Positions 37,444-48,627 are shown, numbered from the stretch's first letter. The stretch is DNA of 64,000 nt from an uncultured Clostridia bacterium (GCA_934121925.1 CAKOVK010000006.1:7-64006); one strand, 5' to 3'. Made by a program: numbers and translations. The notes: generated by a model from the sequence alone, not told the origin.

Positions 37444-38718
37444 TTATTCTTTTCCTTTTATTATTGATATTACAGTATTTTCTTCTTTAAAAGTATTCTC
37501 TAAAACTTGTTTTGCATATTCCATAGTAATTTGTTTGTAGATTTCTAAATAGTCAAAACTATTTATCCCTTTAAAATAGTCTGTAACAAACATTCTAGCA
37601 ATATCTGAAACACTGTTGAATTCTTTTACAGCATTTCCATAAAGCATATTTCTTATCCTATTAAAGTCTTCTTCTTTAATTTCTTCTTTTTTCATTTTGT
37701 TTATTTGCTTTAATAATTTCTCTAATATCTTATCTGGATCTTTCGAAACTCCTGATATTGCAACGTGTGCGTAGTCTTCTCCAAATTCATATTCTACAAA
37801 TGGTTCTGATATTAAAAGTTCTTCTTGATATAAGTCCTTGTATAAATCTGAGCTTTTTCCAATAAGCATATTTAACAATATTTCTATTGCGATATGTTTT
37901 TTTACTATGTTTTCTTTTTCTAATTTATCTTTTATTCCTATAACAAATAATGGCATGCTTACTTCCATTGTTTTTTCTTTTCTTTTTTCTACAATCTTTG
38001 CTGGCTCTTCTTGATATATTCTTTTTATTTCGCCTTGTGGTTTCTTTTCTACTAATCTATTTTTCACTTCTTTGATTAAATCTTCCGGATTAAAATCTCC
38101 GCAAAAACACATAAGCATATTTGAAGGATTATAAAAAGTATTATAGCATTTATATAAAATATCTTTATCTATTTTTTGTATAGATTCTACAGTTCCTGCT
38201 ATATCTATTGTTATTGGATTATTTTTATACATACATTTTAGTGCATTCATATACACTTCCCAGTCTGGATAGTCATTATACATATTTATTTCTTGAGCAA
38301 TTATTCCTTTTTCTTTTTCTACATTTTCATCTGTAAAATATGGGTGTTGCACATAATCCATAAGTTCATCTAGTGCTTTATAAAAATTATCTGTTGCTTC
38401 AAATAGATATGTTGTATAGTTTGTTGTTGTGTATGCATTTGCATTAACGCCCAAAGCTGTTAGAACATCTAAGCTATTTGTTCCGTTTTCTTGTTCAAAC
38501 ATTTTATGCTCTAAGAAATGCGCTATTCCGTTTGGTACTTCTGTTGCTTTCTCTTCTCCTGGCATTACAAATTTGTTATCTATTGATCCATAATGTGTTG
38601 CCCACATTACATATTTTTTTCTAATACCAGTTTTAGGAATAATCATAACAGTTAAGCCATTCTCTAGTTTCTCTATATATAATTTTTCTTTAACTTGTAA
38701 ATTTTCTATGATTTGCAT
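37444..38718 (-). CDS. M16-family zinc peptidase, active subunit (HxxEH present)
   Basis: 424 aa with GIAHFLEHKMFE (the inverted zincin motif). Paired with an upstream M16-like gene. Confidence 0.8.
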   Translation of the reverse strand: MQIIENLQVKEKLYIEKLENGLTVMIIPKTGIRKKYVMWATHYGSIDNKFVMPGEEKATEVPNGIAHFLEHKMFEQENGTNSLDVLTALGVNANAYTTTNYTTYLFEATDNFYKALDELMDYVQHPYFTDENVEKEKGIIAQEINMYNDYPDWEVYMNALKCMYKNNPITIDIAGTVESIQKIDKDILYKCYNTFYNPSNMLMCFCGDFNPEDLIKEVKNRLVEKKPQGEIKRIYQEEPAKIVEKRKEKTMEVSMPLFVIGIKDKLEKENIVKKHIAIEILLNMLIGKSSDLYKDLYQEELLISEPFVEYEFGEDYAHVAISGVSKDPDKILEKLLKQINKMKKEEIKEEDFNRIRNMLYGNAVKEFNSVSDIARMFVTDYFKGINSFDYLEIYKQITMEYAKQVLENTFKEENTVISIIKGKE

Positions 38719-38869
38719 TAGTTTCTCTCTCCTTTTTTATAAAATATATTTTGTTATATTTCTTTATTAACTCTATGTTAAACGGTCTATAAACTTAAAT
38801 TGCCTAATTCTTTGTCGGATTAATGAAAAATTTATTTTTCATTAATTTATTCTACATTATTAAAATTTT

Positions 38870-38932
38870 GAATTCAGGGCAGTTACTAGATTTTTCTTTT
38901 TCGGGCAGACACAGGGACAGTCCCTAGAATCG
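38870..38932. repeat. GC-rich element related to families 2 and 3
   Basis: gaattcagggcag...cgggcagacacagggacagtccctagaatcg. Shares GAATTCAGG, GGGACAGTCCCTAGAAT and the CCCTGTGTCTGCCC module (as reverse complement) with other loci. Confidence 0.65.
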
Positions 38933-40204
38933 TTAATTTCTTAAAAAATATATTGTATTTATATCTATACTGTTTGCAACATCTTTTACATCTTGCATAG
39001 ATACTTCTTCTATTCTTTTCGCATATTCTTCAAACGTTGTGAATTTTTCTGATAATTCTTGACCTATATAATAAATGACCTCAGAGTCTTGCTCATCTTG
39101 AATAGATGTAATTCCAGATATCATATATTTTTTTGCATTTTCTAAATCTTCTTCTGTGAAATCACCATTTTTCATATCTTCTAATTGTTTCTTTATTATT
39201 TCTAGTGCCTTATCAAAATTTTCTATTTCTATTCCACATCTAATAAATATATTTGATTTTTGTCTTACATAGTTTGATCTTGCTGTATATGCCAAACTTG
39301 CTTTTTCCCTAACATTTTGAAATAATTTTGATGTTGCACTTTCACCTAATATTACATTATATATTGATATTGGGAATTTTGCATCTTCGCTTGTATAGTT
39401 TATATCTAAGCCTATTACTAATTTTCCTTGTGTTACATCCATTTTATCTTCTTTATTCTTAATTTCTTGTTTTTGTTTTTCTTCTTTGTCTACTATGATT
39501 TCTGCCTCTCTACCTGCAAGTTCTTTTATTTTGCAGTTTTCCTCTACCTCTTGTTCTATTTCTTTAGTATTTATATCTCCTGAAAAGAATATATCAATCT
39601 TTGCTTTTTCTATAATTTCTTTATAATATTCATATAAGTTTTGTGCATTTATTTTTTCTAAGTCTTCTATATATCCATATTTGTATAGTCCATATGGTTT
39701 TCCTTTATACATTTCTTCTATGCAACTATTTAATGCGTATGCATCTTTGTTGTCTATTTTTGCTTGTATTAATAATTTAATGTTGTTCTTTTCTGCTTCT
39801 ACATATTCTTCCTTAAATTTATTATTTTCAGTATATGGATTAAATATTATATCTAATAATAAATTAATGCTTTCAGCAGTAAGGTTTTCTTTATAGTCCT
39901 TAGGTATAAAATTATCATTAAGAGTTTCTAAATAAAATTTAAGTACATGATTATCTCCGATTTTTTCTATTCCGCAACCAAATTCTGCGCCATACATTTC
40001 TTCTAATTTTTTTGCAATTTCTTCTTGTGTTTTTAAATTTTCAGTTCCTCTTTTTAAAACTGCTGGTATTACACTGTTAAAAGTAACTCTTTCTCTATTT
40101 AATGGTAATGTTATTACAGCAGTCATTAAATTTGTTTTAAATTTTTTAGTTTCTATACAGTGTACTTTTATTCCCTGTTTTATCTCTTTAATTGTATATG
40201 ACAT
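38933..40204 (-). CDS. M16-family peptidase-like protein lacking HxxEH (non-catalytic partner)
   Basis: Start taken at MSYTIKEIKQG. Same fold-type sequence as the downstream gene but no HxxEH motif. Confidence 0.7.
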   Translation of the reverse strand: MSYTIKEIKQGIKVHCIETKKFKTNLMTAVITLPLNRERVTFNSVIPAVLKRGTENLKTQEEIAKKLEEMYGAEFGCGIEKIGDNHVLKFYLETLNDNFIPKDYKENLTAESINLLLDIIFNPYTENNKFKEEYVEAEKNNIKLLIQAKIDNKDAYALNSCIEEMYKGKPYGLYKYGYIEDLEKINAQNLYEYYKEIIEKAKIDIFFSGDINTKEIEQEVEENCKIKELAGREAEIIVDKEEKQKQEIKNKEDKMDVTQGKLVIGLDINYTSEDAKFPISIYNVILGESATSKLFQNVREKASLAYTARSNYVRQKSNIFIRCGIEIENFDKALEIIKKQLEDMKNGDFTEEDLENAKKYMISGITSIQDEQDSEVIYYIGQELSEKFTTFEEYAKRIEEVSMQDVKDVANSIDINTIYFLRN

Positions 40205-40272
40205 ATTTTTCCTCCTCGTATAACGATATTTGTATTCTTCCCTCAATATTTAGTTTTTATTCTTTTTGGTTT

Positions 40273-40713
40273 TTAATTTAACAGTTCTCTTACTACTTCG
40301 TTTATAGTTTTTCCATCTGCTGTTGCTCCCATTTTTTCTTTTGCAGATTTCATTACTTTTCCCATATCTTTTATGCTTGTTGCTCCTGTTTCTTCTATTA
40401 CTTTTTTTACTATTTCTGTTATTTCTTCTTTAGTTAATTGTTTTGGCAAATATTCTGATATTATTTCTATTTCTTCTTTAACTTGATTAATTAAATCTTC
40501 TCTTCCACTTTTTTCATAATCTGATAAAGAATCTTTTCTTTTTTTAGCCTCTTTAGCTATTATTTCTAGTATTTGATTATCTTCTAATTCTATTTGCTTA
40601 TCCTTTTCCACCTGAAGAATTGCTGCTCTTATCATTTGAACAACATTCTTTCTTAAAGTTTGTTTCTCCTTCATAGCCTCTTTTAAATCTTCCATCAACT
40701 TTTCTTTTAACAT
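40273..40713 (-). CDS. GatB/YqeY-domain protein
   Basis: 146 aa. MLKEKLMEDLKEAMKEKQTLRKNVVQMIRAAILQVEKDK... is the typical YqeY pattern. The usual rpsU-yqeY neighbourhood is present. Confidence 0.8.
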   Translation of the reverse strand: MLKEKLMEDLKEAMKEKQTLRKNVVQMIRAAILQVEKDKQIELEDNQILEIIAKEAKKRKDSLSDYEKSGREDLINQVKEEIEIISEYLPKQLTKEEITEIVKKVIEETGATSIKDMGKVMKSAKEKMGATADGKTINEVVRELLN

Positions 40714-40860
40714 ATCTTTTCCTCCTTTAATATTTTAGAACAAATCTGAAAATTTTCAGTCTTTTCTCTACTTTTTATATTTGTTTATAAAATTGAAAGT
40801 TTCAGTATATATAAAACAAAAAGATGAAAGTTTTCCTCCTAACTTCCACCTCTAATACTT

Positions 40861-41031
40861 TTAAAATTTTCTTTTTCTTGCTGCTTCTGATTTTTTCTTT
40901 CTTTTTACACTAGGTTTTTCATAGTGTTCTCTTTTTCTAACCTCTTGCAAAACACCGTTTCTTACGCATTGCCTTTTAAATCTTTTTAATGCGTCTTCTA
41001 TATTACCATTATTAACTTTTATTTCTGACAC
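40861..41031 (-). CDS. rpsU: 30S ribosomal protein S21
   Basis: Untracked 56-aa ORF with a GTG start after GGGAGGGA: [56 protein letters not shown]. Confidence 0.92.
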   Translation of the reverse strand: MSEIKVNNGNIEDALKRFKRQCVRNGVLQEVRKREHYEKPSVKRKKKSEAARKRKF

Positions 41032-41152
41032 TTTTATTTCCCTCCCCTCACAATTAGCAAGTTTTTTAAACTTGTGGGATTTTTTAACTTTTTATATTAT
41101 ATCTTAAAACCTACTGGTTGTCAACGCTATTTTTTAATGTATGCATGATTTT

Positions 41153-42187
41153 CTAAATTTCTATATAATTGTGCTCACATGCTCTAATTAACCTATTCAT
41201 TATTGCAAGTCCCAATCCTTTTTTCTCTACGCCTTCAATAATTACTAAATCTACGTTATAAGAATCTACTTTTCTTAAAAGGGTAAAAATGTTTTGGCTT
41301 ATTTCTTCTAGTGTTTCTCCCATATCCAATTTATTTTTTGTTTTATATTTTTCTAAGTTGCTTGTTCTTCCTAGTACCAACATATTTTTTTCTAGTTCTA
41401 TCTCTTCATTTATTTTATTTACAAGTTTTTCATTGTCGCTACTATACACTAATAAACACTTTGTATTTGGTGCATAATGCCTATATTTCATTCCTGGAGA
41501 CATTACCTTTTCATCTGGTTTGCATTCTTCCATTATTTGTTTTTCTACTTCTACTTTTATGCCTAATTTTTCTATATCTTCTTTTGTTATTTTACCTGGT
41601 CTTAATATATGAACAATATCATCCACAACTCTTATTACTGTTGATTCTACACCTATATCTGTTATTCCTGCATCTAATATATAATCCACCTTTCCATCTA
41701 ATTCTCCTATTATATCTTCTATTTTTGTTCCACTAGGTTTTCCAGATATATTTGCACTTGGTGCCGCAATAGGTAAATTAGAAAACTCTATTAAATCCTG
41801 TGCTATTTTGTTACTTGGAAATCTTATTCCAACTGTTTCTAACCCTGCTGTTACATTATATGGAATGCATTCTTTTTTATTTAATATAATTGTTAAAGGT
41901 CCTGGCCAAAAATTTTCCATTAGTTTCTTTTCTACTTCGCCAATATTTTTCACTAAATTTTCTAGCATATCCAAATTAGAAATATGTACAATTAATGGAT
42001 TATCTCCAGCTCTTCCTTTTGCTTTGAATATTTTGCTTACAGCGGTTTCATCTAAAGCATTTGCTCCAATTCCATAAACAGTTTCAGTTGGGAATAAAAC
42101 CAATTCTCCATTTTTAATAGAATCAGCTGCTTCTTTTATTTTTTCTAAATTTATTTCATTCTTTAAATCTGCATATTTTGATTTCAT
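41153..42187 (-). CDS. tsaC: L-threonylcarbamoyladenylate synthase, long Sua5/YwlC type
   Basis: LFPTETVYGIGANA, the YrdC domain, plus a C-terminal Sua5 domain. Start moved to ATG 42185-42187 behind AAGGAAG. Confidence 0.85.
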   Translation of the reverse strand: MKSKYADLKNEINLEKIKEAADSIKNGELVLFPTETVYGIGANALDETAVSKIFKAKGRAGDNPLIVHISNLDMLENLVKNIGEVEKKLMENFWPGPLTIILNKKECIPYNVTAGLETVGIRFPSNKIAQDLIEFSNLPIAAPSANISGKPSGTKIEDIIGELDGKVDYILDAGITDIGVESTVIRVVDDIVHILRPGKITKEDIEKLGIKVEVEKQIMEECKPDEKVMSPGMKYRHYAPNTKCLLVYSSDNEKLVNKINEEIELEKNMLVLGRTSNLEKYKTKNKLDMGETLEEISQNIFTLLRKVDSYNVDLVIIEGVEKKGLGLAIMNRLIRACEHNYIEI

Positions 42188-42227
42188 ATAAATTCTTCCT
42201 TTTTTATAAATTGGCATTGTTTAATTT

Positions 42228-42274
42228 CGGGTGAATTCAGGACAGCCCCTAGAATTCCCCCTCATACAAATTCC
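42228..42274. repeat. Family-2 GC-rich element
   Basis: cgggtgaattcaggacagcccctagaattccccctcatacaaattcc. The same sequence, with a 37-bp internal insertion, recurs at 59927-60010. Confidence 0.8.
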
Positions 42275-42382
42275 AATTTTCCTTACCATTTCTCTATTAT
42301 ATTACAATTAGCTGTATTTTGCAATTTTATTTTATATTGCATAATATTTTACATTTCTGTCAAAATATATTTAGGTGAATTT

Positions 42383-43093
42383 ATGGATAGTATTTTAAAA
42401 ATTACTTATTTATCTCTGGGCTCTTTAATAATTTTATTCTTGCTTACAAAATTGATGGGCAATAGAGAAATGTCTCAGTTAACTATGTTTGACTATATTG
42501 TTAGTATTACAATTGGTTCTATTGCAGCAGAGATGTCTACTTCTTTGGAAAATAATTTTATGGAACCGGTTGTTGCAATGCTTGTATATGGATTTGTTAC
42601 TTTTTTAATTTCTTACTTGACTTGTAAGAATTTAAATTTAAGAAGGTTTTTCACAGGTAAATCAAAAATTTTATTAGATAATGGAAAACTTTATAGAAAA
42701 AATTTCAAATCTGCAAAGTTAGATCTAAATGAATTTTTAATGGAATGTAGAATAAATGGGTATTTTAATCTAAGCGATATTCAAACAGCAATTTTAGAAC
42801 CAAATGGCAAAATTAGTTTTCTGCCTAAAAGCTTAAAAAGGCCATCAACACCAGAAGATTTAAATTTAAATCCAGAGCAAGAAAATGTTACTATTAATGT
42901 AATTTTAGATGGAATTTTATTAAAAGAGAATTTAGAGAAAACGGGAAATAATATAAATTGGTTAGAAAAAAATTTAAAAAGCCAGGGAATTGCAGATATA
43001 AAAAATGTATTTCTTGCAACCTGTGATAATCAAAACAATTTAAGCGTATACATTAAATTAGACAAGCAAAATAAACATGGTTTTTTTGAATAA
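42383..43093 (+). CDS. DUF421 (YetF-like) membrane protein
   Basis: 236 aa. LTKLMGNREMSQLTMFDYIVSITIGSIAA and overall architecture are typical of the YetF/DUF421 family. Confidence 0.75.
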   Translation: MDSILKITYLSLGSLIILFLLTKLMGNREMSQLTMFDYIVSITIGSIAAEMSTSLENNFMEPVVAMLVYGFVTFLISYLTCKNLNLRRFFTGKSKILLDNGKLYRKNFKSAKLDLNEFLMECRINGYFNLSDIQTAILEPNGKISFLPKSLKRPSTPEDLNLNPEQENVTINVILDGILLKENLEKTGNNINWLEKNLKSQGIADIKNVFLATCDNQNNLSVYIKLDKQNKHGFFE

Positions 43094-43120
43094 ATAATGC
43101 GGGCGATTAAAATCGCCTCA

Positions 43121-43149
43121 GGGAAAAAGGGGACAGTCCCCTTTTTCCC
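43121..43149. terminator. Bidirectional terminator built from a family-1 palindrome
   Basis: GGGAAAAAGGGGAC-a-GTCCCCTTTTTCCC between convergent genes. A second hairpin ggcgattaaaatcgcc lies just upstream (43101-43118). Confidence 0.8.
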
Positions 43150-45077
43150 TATTTCATAATTTTTCTATAATAATCGTTTTCTAATATTAATCTAGACATT
43201 TGATATTTTTTATAAATTATGTTGTTTATTTTTTGTACATATCCTTCTTCTATTTCTGTGTTTTCGTTTGGTATAAATTCTTCTGTTATTGCATTATATC
43301 TTCCTTTGTCTGTTATAAAACTTCTATCTGAGAATATTACTAATGGACTTGCATTTGATAAGATATCCCTTCCTATTAGTAATCTTGAATCATATTCTAT
43401 ACCAAATAAATTCAATACAGTTGGTAATATGTCTAAACTTGAGCCTACTTTTTCTACTTTTATTGGTTCTTTCATACTTCCACTCCATATCAAAAATGGC
43501 ATACGATATTTCTCAAAAATATCATCTCTTTGATATGTTGATAGTTCGTTTATTTCTTCTAGAGTTAAGCCATAAGGGTAATGGTCTCCACTAATTACTA
43601 TAACTGTATCTTCTAGTTTTCCCGCTTCACTTAGTCTATTTATTAATTCTCCTACAGCTTTATCTAATTCTATATTTGCTGCTAAATAACTTTTTGCTTT
43701 GTGCGAATATGGTAAATTTTCTACTTGCTCCCAATTTCTATATACCATTGCATTTCCTGCTTTTGTATAATTCAAATGTCCACTAACGGTCATATAATAC
43801 GCAAGAAATTTGTCATTATTTATATAATCATCCATTGTTACATTTATCATTTCATAATCACTATTAGGCCATCTTGAAGTATTCATTCTATCTTCTAGTC
43901 CAGTTCCTACCGCTAGATATGAATTATACCCCATTGTTTCTATGTATTTGTCTCTATTATAGTAAGTTGCTGTGTGATTATGATATGCATTTGATGAATA
44001 TCCTATATTTTCAAATACATTTGCATATGAATATGGCATATAGTTTCCAACGATCTCTTTAAAGCTCCAAACTCCCTCTTTAGGAATTAATGAAGTATCT
44101 GTTATATATTCTCCATCTGCTGTACTTACTGGAAATACTGGTGTATAAAAATTATCAAATTGAAATCCTTCTTTATATAATTTGTACAAATTTGGTGTTA
44201 GATCTTCTCTTATTGCAAGTGAACTAAAACTTTCTGCAACTAACACAATTAAATTTTTACCTTCAAACATTCCTGTATACTCATTTTTATTTGTTGGCTC
44301 TTGAGTATTAAAATATTCATGCATTTCTTTTATTGCTTCATCTTGTTCATTTTCTATTAAATTTTCAAAATCTATATTAGTAACATTGTATCCTTTATCT
44401 TTGCTGTCTTCTATATTTTCACTAGAAGTTTCTATAACTAATGTTTCTTCAAATCCAAATATAAATCTTTGCAAATCTAACCTCATTGCAGTTAAAAATC
44501 CCATTCGTTTTGCTGTTAATTTTGGCACATGAGTTTTATAATATAAATTTTTGTTTGAATAAATATCCTTTGTGCTTATAAAATTTACGCACAAAACAGC
44601 AATCGCTTGTATTATAATTAAGGCCCCAATTTTCACTAAAGTTTCTTTTAGATTTTGTTTTTCAAAATCTATAATTTTCTTTTTATGTAATATAATTAGC
44701 ACTACTATTGGTATTATAAATAGTAATATTCCATACCAATTTCTTAAAATCATATCAAATATTACATCCATAAATTCTGTTACTTGCCCGCCATTCATAA
44801 TTGAATAAAACGAAAGTATAGATTCATACATACTATAATATACAATTTGAGCTCCAAAAAGTATTACTATAAACGTTGTTAAAATGTATGTAATAATTTT
44901 ATTTGCCTTTTCTTTAAATAGACTAGATACTATATTTAAAGCTATTGCTATAGGTAACGAAAATAATATTATTAGCCATAAACTTGTTGGAAAAGCTTTA
45001 TATATTAAACAAGAAAACACTAATTCCTCGTATATTATAAACAAAATATAGTAGAATAATAGACTTAACTTTTTCAT
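43149..45077 (-). CDS. LtaS-family sulfatase-domain membrane protein (lipoteichoic acid synthase-like)
   Basis: 642 aa. Five N-terminal TM helices, then an extracellular sulfatase-like domain (...VAESFSS..., ...ISGDHYPYG...). Confidence 0.75.
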   Translation of the reverse strand: MKKLSLLFYYILFIIYEELVFSCLIYKAFPTSLWLIILFSLPIAIALNIVSSLFKEKANKIITYILTTFIVILFGAQIVYYSMYESILSFYSIMNGGQVTEFMDVIFDMILRNWYGILLFIIPIVVLIILHKKKIIDFEKQNLKETLVKIGALIIIQAIAVLCVNFISTKDIYSNKNLYYKTHVPKLTAKRMGFLTAMRLDLQRFIFGFEETLVIETSSENIEDSKDKGYNVTNIDFENLIENEQDEAIKEMHEYFNTQEPTNKNEYTGMFEGKNLIVLVAESFSSLAIREDLTPNLYKLYKEGFQFDNFYTPVFPVSTADGEYITDTSLIPKEGVWSFKEIVGNYMPYSYANVFENIGYSSNAYHNHTATYYNRDKYIETMGYNSYLAVGTGLEDRMNTSRWPNSDYEMINVTMDDYINNDKFLAYYMTVSGHLNYTKAGNAMVYRNWEQVENLPYSHKAKSYLAANIELDKAVGELINRLSEAGKLEDTVIVISGDHYPYGLTLEEINELSTYQRDDIFEKYRMPFLIWSGSMKEPIKVEKVGSSLDILPTVLNLFGIEYDSRLLIGRDILSNASPLVIFSDRSFITDKGRYNAITEEFIPNENTEIEEGYVQKINNIIYKKYQMSRLILENDYYRKIMK

Positions 45078-45243
45078 TCAATCTCTCCTTATTTGTTTTT
45101 CTTAACTTCTATAATATCTCTTTTTATTATATTTGTAAAGGAATTAATTAAGGCATGTAAAATGTAATTTGTTTTTATTTCTCTTGAAATTTTTCAATCA
45201 ATAATATATAATAATTGTATATTAATTAAAAGGAGTGATGTAA

Positions 45244-45411
45244 ATGAAAGTTTATGATAAGGAAATATATGAAAAACAAGAAAGTATTAAATTTACCCTT
45301 TTAATTGTTATTGTATTTTTAGTAGGTTTTTTTGCAGGATATTTAGCAAGTTCGTTTACAAGTCCAAAGGAAGTGCCTACTAATAAAACTGTAAAAGTAG
45401 AAAATGTTTAA
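45244..45411 (+). CDS. Small single-TM hypothetical protein, 55 aa
   Basis: AGGAG SD, then MKVYDKEIYEKQESIKFTLLIVIVFLVGFFAGYLASSFTSPKEVPTNKTVKVENV*. Below the track cutoff. Confidence 0.4.
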   Translation: MKVYDKEIYEKQESIKFTLLIVIVFLVGFFAGYLASSFTSPKEVPTNKTVKVENV

Positions 45412-45423
45412 TATTAATAAGTT

Positions 45424-45458
45424 AAAGCAGTTATCATTTTTTGATAACTGCTTTTTTT
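45424..45458. terminator. Bidirectional intrinsic terminator
   Basis: aaagcagttatca-ttttt-tgataactgcttt followed by a T-run. Confidence 0.8.
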
Positions 45459-45459
45459 C

Positions 45460-48400
45460 TTATTCTACACTTTTTAAACTTTCTATCATATCTATTTTTT
45501 TAAGCTCTTTGTTCATTATTAAATTTATTAAAAATGCAAATACCATTGTTAATACAAAAGCAAAGAAATAGCTTGAAAATGCTCGTTCTCTACCAAACAT
45601 TACAATATCCATTTCTGCTGTTGATATTATAAATGTTAATAAATAAACACCTAGCACTAGTCCTAAAAGTCCTCCTATAATTGTAAGAATTACATTTTCC
45701 CTAAATACATAGTTAGATAATTCGTTATTATAAAAGCCTAGCAATTTAATTGTAGCAAGTTCTCTTTTTCTTTCTTCTATATTTATGCTATTTAAATTAT
45801 ATAACACAACAAATGCAAGCATTCCGGCACAAGTAATTAATACAATTACTACTGTATCCAAACTTTTAATCATATCGCTAAAGCTTTCACTAATACTACT
45901 TAATCTTAGTACTTGTGCTATGTTTTCATCTTTGAGTAAATATTTAGAAATATCTTCTTCCGCCTGTTTGTCTAGCTTTTCTTCTATGTCCAAATATATG
46001 TGATTGTCTATCATTTCTTCTTCAAAAATATTCTCATACATTGCTTTATTCATATAAATATAATGATATACATAGTTTTCTATTATTCCAGACACCTTAA
46101 CATTTTTAGATTTCTCATCATCAATTTTTATTGTTATTTCATCACCTATATGGGCATTTAGTAGTTTTGATAATTTTTCTGTTATTATAACTCCATCATT
46201 TTGTATTTTAACTTTTTCTTTTGTTTTTCTATCTTGCATTGTAACAAAATTTGTTAACTCATCTTGATTTTCTACACCTATTATATACACATTTTGTTCT
46301 TCTCCATTTGCAATAACATCATTTGTTTGTTGTCTTAAATATGTGTATTTTGAATTATGTCCGTTGTTTTCTATATATTTGTTTAGTTCTTGCTTTTCTT
46401 CTTCTGTTAATTCATTTTTTAGTGTTATTTCAAAATCATATCTTCTTATCTGTTCATATTGTTTACTTACAATTGTTGCAATAGAATTTCTAAGTCCAAA
46501 TCCCATAAATATTAAAGCTGTACAACCCGCTATTCCAATTAATGTCATAAATAAACGTTTTTTATATCTAAATACATTTCTTGCAGTAATCTTTTGTGTA
46601 AAATTGAAATGTTTCCATATAAAAGGCATTTTTTCTAGTAATATTTTTTTACCTTCTTTTGGTGATTTTGGCCTCATAAGTTTTGCTGGAGTTGCTCTTA
46701 ACATTCTATAACATGCAAACATTGTTGCTATTGTAGTTGATGCAAATGCTGCAATTCCGGCAATTAGTGTATATTTCATATTTACTTCCATTATTACTGT
46801 TGGCATTGTATGATATAAAATTTTATATGCTTCTGAAATTACCCATGGAAGTGTATACGAGCCTATAACAGCTCCTAATACAATTCCTAGTAGTGTTGCA
46901 CTGGTTGAATATGCTAAATATTTTAGAGCAATTTTAGGCCTGCTATATCCTAAAGATTTGTATGTTCCAATTATTCCTCTATCTTCTTCTACCATTCTTG
47001 TCATTGCAGTTAGTGAAACTAATGCGGCAACCAAAAAGAATATTATTGGGAATACTTTACCTATTGTTGCTACACTATTTGAATCTGATTTATATGATAC
47101 ATACCCTTCATTTGTTTCTAAGTCTAGCACATATATTTTTACTTTTAAATCTTCTAATTTCTTTTCAGCATCTTTTATTTCTTTTTCCGCATCCGATATT
47201 TTCTGATCCGCTTCTTGCTTTTTATCATTAAATTTATTCTCATTTTGTTTAAGCTCTTTCCATCCATCATCTATCTTTATTTGTGCTGAATTAAATTTTG
47301 CTTGAGTTGTTTTTTTAGTATTTTCTAACTCTTGTTTCTGGGCTTCAAAACTTTTCAATCCCTTATTATATTCTTCTAAGCCAGCACTTAATTCCTTTTT
47401 ATATCCTTGAAGTGTGCTTTTTTCTTGTTCTAACTTTGCTTTACCTTGTACTAGTGTTTGTATACCTGTAATTGCTTCTTCTGGTGCAGATATACTTTGC
47501 AAATATTCTAAATATTTATCTAAATCCGTTAGTCCTGTGCCTTTCAAAGCTTTCTGCTCTGCTAATATTAATTTTTGTTCTTCTGCATTTAATTGTGTTT
47601 CTGCATTATTTAGTTCTTTTTGCTTTTCGTCTAAAGTAGCTTTTGTTGAATCTAATGTAGTTTTAGCACTATTTATTTGATTATTATATTCTTGCATTTT
47701 ACTATTGAAATTCTGTTTTTGGGTATTAAGTTCTTTTTGTGAATTTTCTAATTTTGTTTTTCCATTTGCAATTTCCTGTTCTGCATTTTTTAGTTCATCT
47801 TTTGCATCTTGAACTTCTTTTCTAGCATCAGCAATTTTATTGTTTGCCTCTTCGTATAAGTCTTGGTACTTTTTATCTGCTAATGTATCTGTTTTTCCTT
47901 TTACTTCATCTTGAATTTTTTCTATCTCTTCTATATATTCATCTGAAGTTCTATTTTTATTATTTGTTGTTACTTTTGCATATATGTTTGTATATTCTTC
48001 CATAGAAAATGCATCTTCTAAAACTATTGCAAAACCAGATATAGTTCCATCTACAAGTGTTGTGCTACCTCTGGATATTGCTACATATAAAGGACTATTA
48101 GCAAAACCGACTACCGTATATGATTTAACCTTAAATACATCTTCTAATTCTTGATTTTCTGTATCTATAAATTCTATTGTATCTCCTATTTTGTAATCTG
48201 TTTTTAATTTACTATCTAAAACTATATCATTTTTTTGTGTAGGGTATCTTCCTTCTACTATTTCAACTTTATTCATAGTATTTCCAGTTACATCATTAGG
48301 AGAAGAGCTTACACTTAAAACTTTTTCTTTATCTCCTTGTTCAACAACAGCACATATTGATTTTACAGGCTGTATGTAATCTATTTTATCTATATTTTTT

Positions 48401-48627
48401 ATGGTTTCCACATCATCACTATCAAATCCAACAGTAGAAATTAAATTAAGATCAAAAACATTATAATCATTAATATATTTATTAAAAGTATTTAGCATAT
48501 CTGGGCATGATGCATTTATTCCAACGAAAAAAGCAACACCTAATATTACAATTGCAATAATAGATATATATCTTTTTCTTGTTCTTTTTATTTCTTTGAC
48601 AATATCTTTTACGTATGCTTTTTTCAT
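45460..48627 (-). CDS. FtsX-family ABC transporter permease with two FtsX modules and a long coiled-coil ectodomain
   Basis: 1055 aa. Two blocks of 3-4 TM helices are separated by a K/E/Q-rich coiled coil. Lies downstream of a MacB-type ATPase gene. Confidence 0.8.
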   Translation of the reverse strand: MKKAYVKDIVKEIKRTRKRYISIIAIVILGVAFFVGINASCPDMLNTFNKYINDYNVFDLNLISTVGFDSDDVETIKNIDKIDYIQPVKSICAVVEQGDKEKVLSVSSSPNDVTGNTMNKVEIVEGRYPTQKNDIVLDSKLKTDYKIGDTIEFIDTENQELEDVFKVKSYTVVGFANSPLYVAISRGSTTLVDGTISGFAIVLEDAFSMEEYTNIYAKVTTNNKNRTSDEYIEEIEKIQDEVKGKTDTLADKKYQDLYEEANNKIADARKEVQDAKDELKNAEQEIANGKTKLENSQKELNTQKQNFNSKMQEYNNQINSAKTTLDSTKATLDEKQKELNNAETQLNAEEQKLILAEQKALKGTGLTDLDKYLEYLQSISAPEEAITGIQTLVQGKAKLEQEKSTLQGYKKELSAGLEEYNKGLKSFEAQKQELENTKKTTQAKFNSAQIKIDDGWKELKQNENKFNDKKQEADQKISDAEKEIKDAEKKLEDLKVKIYVLDLETNEGYVSYKSDSNSVATIGKVFPIIFFLVAALVSLTAMTRMVEEDRGIIGTYKSLGYSRPKIALKYLAYSTSATLLGIVLGAVIGSYTLPWVISEAYKILYHTMPTVIMEVNMKYTLIAGIAAFASTTIATMFACYRMLRATPAKLMRPKSPKEGKKILLEKMPFIWKHFNFTQKITARNVFRYKKRLFMTLIGIAGCTALIFMGFGLRNSIATIVSKQYEQIRRYDFEITLKNELTEEEKQELNKYIENNGHNSKYTYLRQQTNDVIANGEEQNVYIIGVENQDELTNFVTMQDRKTKEKVKIQNDGVIITEKLSKLLNAHIGDEITIKIDDEKSKNVKVSGIIENYVYHYIYMNKAMYENIFEEEMIDNHIYLDIEEKLDKQAEEDISKYLLKDENIAQVLRLSSISESFSDMIKSLDTVVIVLITCAGMLAFVVLYNLNSINIEERKRELATIKLLGFYNNELSNYVFRENVILTIIGGLLGLVLGVYLLTFIISTAEMDIVMFGRERAFSSYFFAFVLTMVFAFLINLIMNKELKKIDMIESLKSVE

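Noticed and set aside
40746-40759. A perfect 14-bp palindrome CTGAAAATTTTCAG between rpsU and the yqeY-like gene, as a CodY box.
   Set aside because: It matches the CodY consensus AATTTTCWGAAAATT at only about 11 of 15 positions in either register. In this AT-rich context that is weak evidence, and it may simply be a small hairpin after rpsU.
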